Positions 59,857 through 64,000 of a stretch of DNA of 64,000 nt are shown piece after piece; within the stretch, counting starts at the first letter, position 1, and each line of letters opens with the position of its first letter. Under the pieces are notes generated by a model, which was given only the letters and a program-made list of their open reading frames with translations, did not search any database and was not told the DNA's origin. Location: NCBI GenBank assembly GCA_963676395.1, contig OY781066.1, positions 160,001 through 224,000 of the forward strand. Reading direction: 5' to 3'. The stretch is from a bacterium (lineage in GTDB: Bacteria; Fidelibacterota; Fidelibacteria; Fidelibacterales; Fidelibacteraceae). A program made the position numbers and the translations under genes.

Positions 59857-60846
59857 ATGGCAGGTAGGGAAGCTAAAAACACTTTTACTAAACAGCATGT
59901 CCCGACAGATCTCAAAGATGTCTTTATGACAGCTGTAAAACAAGCATTAAAAGTATCGTGGATGCTGTTAAAAGTATACATACCCATTTCTTTTTTAACT
60001 GCTTTCCTTGATCAAGTAGGTTTTTTAAACCTGATCGAACCATATTTTGAACCCTTAATGAAGTTAGTCGGTTTGCCCGGTCACGCAGCTTTGGTTTTTG
60101 TTGCTGCCTGGGTTAATAACTTATTCGCTGCCATCGCAGCAGCATCGGTAATGGATCTAAGCTTCAGGCAGTTGACGATTATAGCGATTATGACCGGCTT
60201 TGCTCATAACCTTATTCTTGAAACAACGGTATTGGTAAAACTTAAAATGGGTCGCATAGGTATAGCTTTTACTCGTATTGTATTCTCTTTCATCATGGGT
60301 ATGCTACTTAATCTTATTATGCCGGAGGTCATTCACGGTGTAGTCATGAATCCCTTTACGACACCGGCAGAATTTTCCTGGCTGAATCATATATTAAAAG
60401 TTCTCACGACTGCGGGACAGATCATTGCTCTCATGTTTTTCGTCATGTTGGTCTATGAATATCTGCTCTATTGGAATAAAAGTCATATCATTAAAAAGAG
60501 ACTCAGTTTCATTCCCAAATTTTTTGGAATGTCCATAAACGCTTTGGGAGCCTGGTTGGTAGGTTTCTTTATCGGTATCGCATATGGTGCGGGAATTCTC
60601 TTTAAAATGAATGAAGATCATAAACTTACACACAAAGATATTTGCCTTTTAACAATTTCAATGTGCATTGTTCATGCGCTCATTGAAGATACCATCTTCT
60701 ATGTGGTGGTCGGTGCCAATGCATGGTGGATAATCGGGACTCGACTTATTGCCTGGATCATCATATTAAAGTTGATGTCCATCGGAAACGTTTATAAAAA
60801 ATTTATTTGGCTTGGTTTGCCTAAAGAAGTAACAAGTAAAGGATGA
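59857..60846 (+). CDS. Nucleoside-recognition (Gate) domain membrane protein
   Basis: PLMKLVGLPG, AHNLILE, GIAYGAG and HALIEDT motifs; two internal repeats. Start may be 59926. Confidence 0.8.
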   Translation: MAGREAKNTFTKQHVPTDLKDVFMTAVKQALKVSWMLLKVYIPISFLTAFLDQVGFLNLIEPYFEPLMKLVGLPGHAALVFVAAWVNNLFAAIAAASVMDLSFRQLTIIAIMTGFAHNLILETTVLVKLKMGRIGIAFTRIVFSFIMGMLLNLIMPEVIHGVVMNPFTTPAEFSWLNHILKVLTTAGQIIALMFFVMLVYEYLLYWNKSHIIKKRLSFIPKFFGMSINALGAWLVGFFIGIAYGAGILFKMNEDHKLTHKDICLLTISMCIVHALIEDTIFYVVVGANAWWIIGTRLIAWIIILKLMSIGNVYKKFIWLGLPKEVTSKG

Positions 60847-60936
60847 CTGATTACTTGCGACGAAAAGTGAGAGCCATAAAGCAAAATCCCTCACACGAAA
60901 ACCAAGTAATCACAAACAACATATATAATGCATAAA

Positions 60937-60962
60937 GTAAGGAAGGAGCGACCTTTCCTTAA
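60937..60962. repeat. REP-like palindrome gtaaggaagg-agcga-cctttccttaa
   Basis: Degenerate member of the 49957/62311 family. Confidence 0.55.
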
Positions 60963-61001
60963 AACAATATTCACATTGTACACATACACAGGAGAACACA
61001 C

Positions 61002-62285
61002 ATGAACGAACGAAATTTTAAAGTTTATGCTTACCGTTGGGTGGTATTGGTAGCCTACATGCTGGCATGTTTGGTTGTTAATATCCAATGGTTATCGCAT
61101 GCACCTATTGCACGTGCAGCAGAAAGTTTTTATGCCGGGCAATTCAACCCGAATTCCATTTTTAATGTAGATTTTTTGGCCATGTCCTATATGCTTGTTT
61201 ATTTATTGTTCAGCATCCCGGCATCTTATGTCATTGATACCTGGGGTATCAAAAAAGGTATTGGCATTGGTGCTGTTATCTGTGCCGTATCAGCATTGGG
61301 TAAAGGTATCTTTGCCGATAATTTCAGTCTGCAGATCGTATTTCAGTTGGGACTAGCCATCTCGCAGCCCTTCATATTGAATGCACTTACCGCATTGACT
61401 GCCAGATGGTTTCCGCTTGAAGAACGTGGAACTGCAGCAGGATTGGGAACACTTGCGCAATATTTAGGCATTATTATTGCAATGATCGTCACACCTTTAT
61501 TGGTGGTCACTAATCCTAATATGCCAAACTACGGTGAAGGCATACAGTCCATGCTCATGACCTATGGTATTATCACCGCCGCAGCCTGTCTAGCGGCCGT
61601 TCTCCTTATTAAGGAGCAACCGCCTACCCCTCCGGGAGAAGAGGCTTATGAGCGCCATAAATTCACCGATGGCTTTAAATTCATTTTTAAACAAAAAGAT
61701 TTTCTCATTACCCTTGGTATTTTCTTTATTGGACTGGGAATCTTTAACGCAGTCTCATCTATGACCGACTCTATTGCGGAATACTTGAATGTTAAAGACT
61801 CTGATGGTCTTATCGGTGGCATCATGCTTATCGGTGGTGTGATCGGTGCGGTTGTATTGCCCATTTTATCGGATAAATTTCAAAAACGTAAATTATTCTT
61901 GAATATTTGCCTTATTGGCATGGTACCAGCCTTAGCAGGAATAGCCTTTGCGGGTGCGATCACCAACACACCCGAAACAGCCTATACTATTGCCTTGATC
62001 TCATCGTTTATGTTGGGATTCTTTGTGATGAGTGCCGGACCCATCGGTTTTCAATACGGTGCAGAGGTCTCCTACCCCGCTCCCGAATCAACGTCTCAGG
62101 GATTATTAATGCTTTCCGGTCAGATAACCGGTTTGGTATTCGTTGCTGCTATGAGTATACGCTCAAATATTTATCTTCCTCTTTTTATGAAGTTCTTTGT
62201 AGTCATTGGTGCGGCTGCATTGATTTCTTCGTTTTTCTTAAAAGAATCGAAACCGCTGGAAGAATTAAAAGCCTCGGGAAAATAA
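61002..62285 (+). CDS. MFS transporter (FLVCR/SLC49-like)
   Basis: YAYRWVVL, ARWFPLEERGTA, PPTPP and AEVSYPAPESTS motifs; AGGAG RBS. Confidence 0.85.
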   Translation: MNERNFKVYAYRWVVLVAYMLACLVVNIQWLSHAPIARAAESFYAGQFNPNSIFNVDFLAMSYMLVYLLFSIPASYVIDTWGIKKGIGIGAVICAVSALGKGIFADNFSLQIVFQLGLAISQPFILNALTALTARWFPLEERGTAAGLGTLAQYLGIIIAMIVTPLLVVTNPNMPNYGEGIQSMLMTYGIITAAACLAAVLLIKEQPPTPPGEEAYERHKFTDGFKFIFKQKDFLITLGIFFIGLGIFNAVSSMTDSIAEYLNVKDSDGLIGGIMLIGGVIGAVVLPILSDKFQKRKLFLNICLIGMVPALAGIAFAGAITNTPETAYTIALISSFMLGFFVMSAGPIGFQYGAEVSYPAPESTSQGLLMLSGQITGLVFVAAMSIRSNIYLPLFMKFFVVIGAAALISSFFLKESKPLEELKASGK

Positions 62286-62310
62286 ATATTGAGCTAAGGA
62301 AAATGCAATT

Positions 62311-62368
62311 GTAAGGAACGGTCCAACCTACCTTTAGCTTCGGCAGGTATCGTTAGACCGTTTCTTAT
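62311..62368. repeat. REP-like palindrome with a nested internal hairpin
   Basis: gtaaggaacggtc-[caacc tacct ttagcttcggc aggta tcgtta]-gaccgtttcttat. Confidence 0.6.
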
Positions 62369-62382
62369 TTATGGGGGTCAAT

Positions 62383-62411
62383 AAAAAAGGGCGGACACAC
62401 TGATCCACCCT
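62383..62411 (-). terminator. Terminator after asnS
   Basis: Minus strand agggtgga-tcagtgtg-tccgccct followed by a T-run. Confidence 0.7.
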
Positions 62412-62442
62412 CGCAATTTTATTATAATTGATGTCTAATATA

Positions 62443-63738
62443 TTACGGTTTTAATCTGACCATCGTTCTTGGCCAGGGAATGCACTCGCGGATATGGTGA
62501 GTACCGCAGATCCAACCGACCGTTCTTTCGAGTCCGAGTCCAAAACCTGAGTGAGGTACAGAGCCATAACGGCGGACATCAAGGAACCATTCGAAATCTT
62601 CTTTGGGAAGGTTTTCTTTTTCGATGCGATCCAATAAGACTTCAATGCTTTCTTCACGCTGTGAACCGCCGATGATCTCACCGTGGCCTTCGGGGGCAAT
62701 CATATCAACACCAAGTGCGTATTTTTCATCTTCGGCATCGCGTTTCATATAAAATGCTTTTGTTTCTGCAGGCCATTTCCAAATCATGACCGGTGTGTTA
62801 TAATCTTCGGCAATGGCGGTTTCATGCGGAGCACCCAAATCATCACCCCATTCAATCTCCAGTCCTTTTTTCTTTAAAGTCTCAAGAGCTTCATCGTAAG
62901 TGATTCTTGGGAAGGGTCGTTTTACCGCTTCAAGTTTTTCTATATCTCTGCCGAGGATCTCAAGTTCGCGGCGACAGTTTTTAACTGCACGCTGTACAAG
63001 ATATTCTACAAATTCTTCAGCAAGATCCATATCATCATGAATATCAAAGAAGGCCATTTCCGGTTCGATCATCCAAAATTCGGTCAAGTGACGACGGGTT
63101 TTGGATTTTTCGGCACGAAAACAAGGACCAAAACAATAAGTTCTATTTAAAGCCATAATGGCGGCTTCGGAATAAAGCTGTCCCGATTGAGTCAAATACG
63201 CTTTTTTATCAAAATATTCCGTTTCAAAGAGAGTTGTTGAACCTTCAGCCGCATTGGGTGTAAACATAGGAGAATCAACCAATGTAAAATCACGTTCATC
63301 ATAAAAATCGCGACAAGCTTTTTCAACTTCGGCACGGATCTTCATAATGGCATAAGGCTGGCGAGATCGTAACCATAGATGACGATTATCCAGCAAGAAA
63401 TCTACACCATGATCTTTTAAAGCAATGGGATATTCTTCGGCAATATGAATGACTTCCATATCTTTTACCAGTATTTCGTAACCGGCTTCCTGTTTGGGGG
63501 CTTCCTGTACAATGCCTGTCACAGAGAGTGAAGATTCCTGAGTTAGGACATTTTTTAAATCAAAAACCTCTTCACTAACTTCATTCTTTAAAATAACACA
63601 TTGGATGAACTCGGTTCCATCACGGAATACCAAGAACCAGATCTTGCCGCTTTTGCGGATGTTGTAGGCCCATCCTTTGAGGGTAACTTCCTCACCAACA
63701 TACTTGGAAATATGCTTCGCCAAGATATATTCAGCCAT
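62443..63738 (-). CDS. asnS: Asparagine--tRNA ligase
   Basis: YLTQSGQLY, FRAEKSKTRRHLTEFWMIEPE, EIIGGSQRE and PHSGFGLGLER motifs. Confidence 0.95.
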   Translation of the reverse strand: MAEYILAKHISKYVGEEVTLKGWAYNIRKSGKIWFLVFRDGTEFIQCVILKNEVSEEVFDLKNVLTQESSLSVTGIVQEAPKQEAGYEILVKDMEVIHIAEEYPIALKDHGVDFLLDNRHLWLRSRQPYAIMKIRAEVEKACRDFYDERDFTLVDSPMFTPNAAEGSTTLFETEYFDKKAYLTQSGQLYSEAAIMALNRTYCFGPCFRAEKSKTRRHLTEFWMIEPEMAFFDIHDDMDLAEEFVEYLVQRAVKNCRRELEILGRDIEKLEAVKRPFPRITYDEALETLKKKGLEIEWGDDLGAPHETAIAEDYNTPVMIWKWPAETKAFYMKRDAEDEKYALGVDMIAPEGHGEIIGGSQREESIEVLLDRIEKENLPKEDFEWFLDVRRYGSVPHSGFGLGLERTVGWICGTHHIRECIPWPRTMVRLKP

Positions 63739-63852
63739 TTATAGCTCCTATTAGTTTAAAATTCCACAAATTCAGGCATAAAATTAAGATTTTTACTTGC
63801 ACTATCAAATAAAAAACTCATAACTTTGTGCCTAATCAACTGAGGAGAAAAT

Positions 63853-64000
63853 ATGTCGCGTTTCCGTAGTATTACGGTACAAAATGAAGTACCCGATGAA
63901 TTAAAAGAATTCAAGGACTTTTCCTATAACCTTTGGTGGAGTTGGCATCCCAAAGCATTAAAATTATTCCGCCAATTGGCAGGTGATCTTTGGTATGAAG
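63853..64000 (+). CDS. glgP: Alpha-glucan (glycogen) phosphorylase, N-terminal fragment
   Basis: GAGGAG RBS; MSRFRSITVQNEVPDELKEFKDFSYNLWWSWHPKALKLF..., containing the NLWWSW motif; runs off the window. Confidence 0.85.
   Translation, partial: MSRFRSITVQNEVPDELKEFKDFSYNLWWSWHPKALKLFRQLAGDLWYE

Overview
A 64 kb, mostly AT-rich bacterial chromosomal segment, probably from an anaerobic member of the FCB superphylum. This is inferred from the T9SS-type C-terminal sorting domains, the TonB receptor, the alpha2-type GlyRS and the trimeric [FeFe]-hydrogenase. Most of the window is housekeeping: plsX, secDF, dxs, nadB, polA, rpsT, ispG, dprA, obgE, pta, coaD, PBP1A, glyQS, topA, asnS and glgP. Two loci stand out. 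(1) A solitary IS200/IS605-like HUH/Y1 TnpA (no TnpB) at 40.2-40.6 kb sits inside two ordered arrays of about 25 short 13-bp palindromes of alternating type, with compensatory stem changes. It lies next to dprA and at the end of a compositionally mosaic cargo run (GDSL esterase, M23 peptidase, HEPN-motif protein, pirin). (2) A cobalamin-riboswitch-led operon encodes a BtuB-like receptor plus two BtuG/BtuH-like proteins that end in T9SS-type sorting domains and lack lipoboxes, suggesting secreted or surface-displayed corrinoid scavengers. Also noted: a hydrogenase with non-bifurcating signatures, a decayed four-helix-bundle gene bracketed by inverted heptamer arrays, a second dispersed palindrome family, a likely degenerate GH13 lipoprotein, and a PBP1A insert rich in O-glycosylation sequons. 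No rRNA, tRNA or CRISPR array was recognised. Products were assigned by motif recognition only; no database searches were run.
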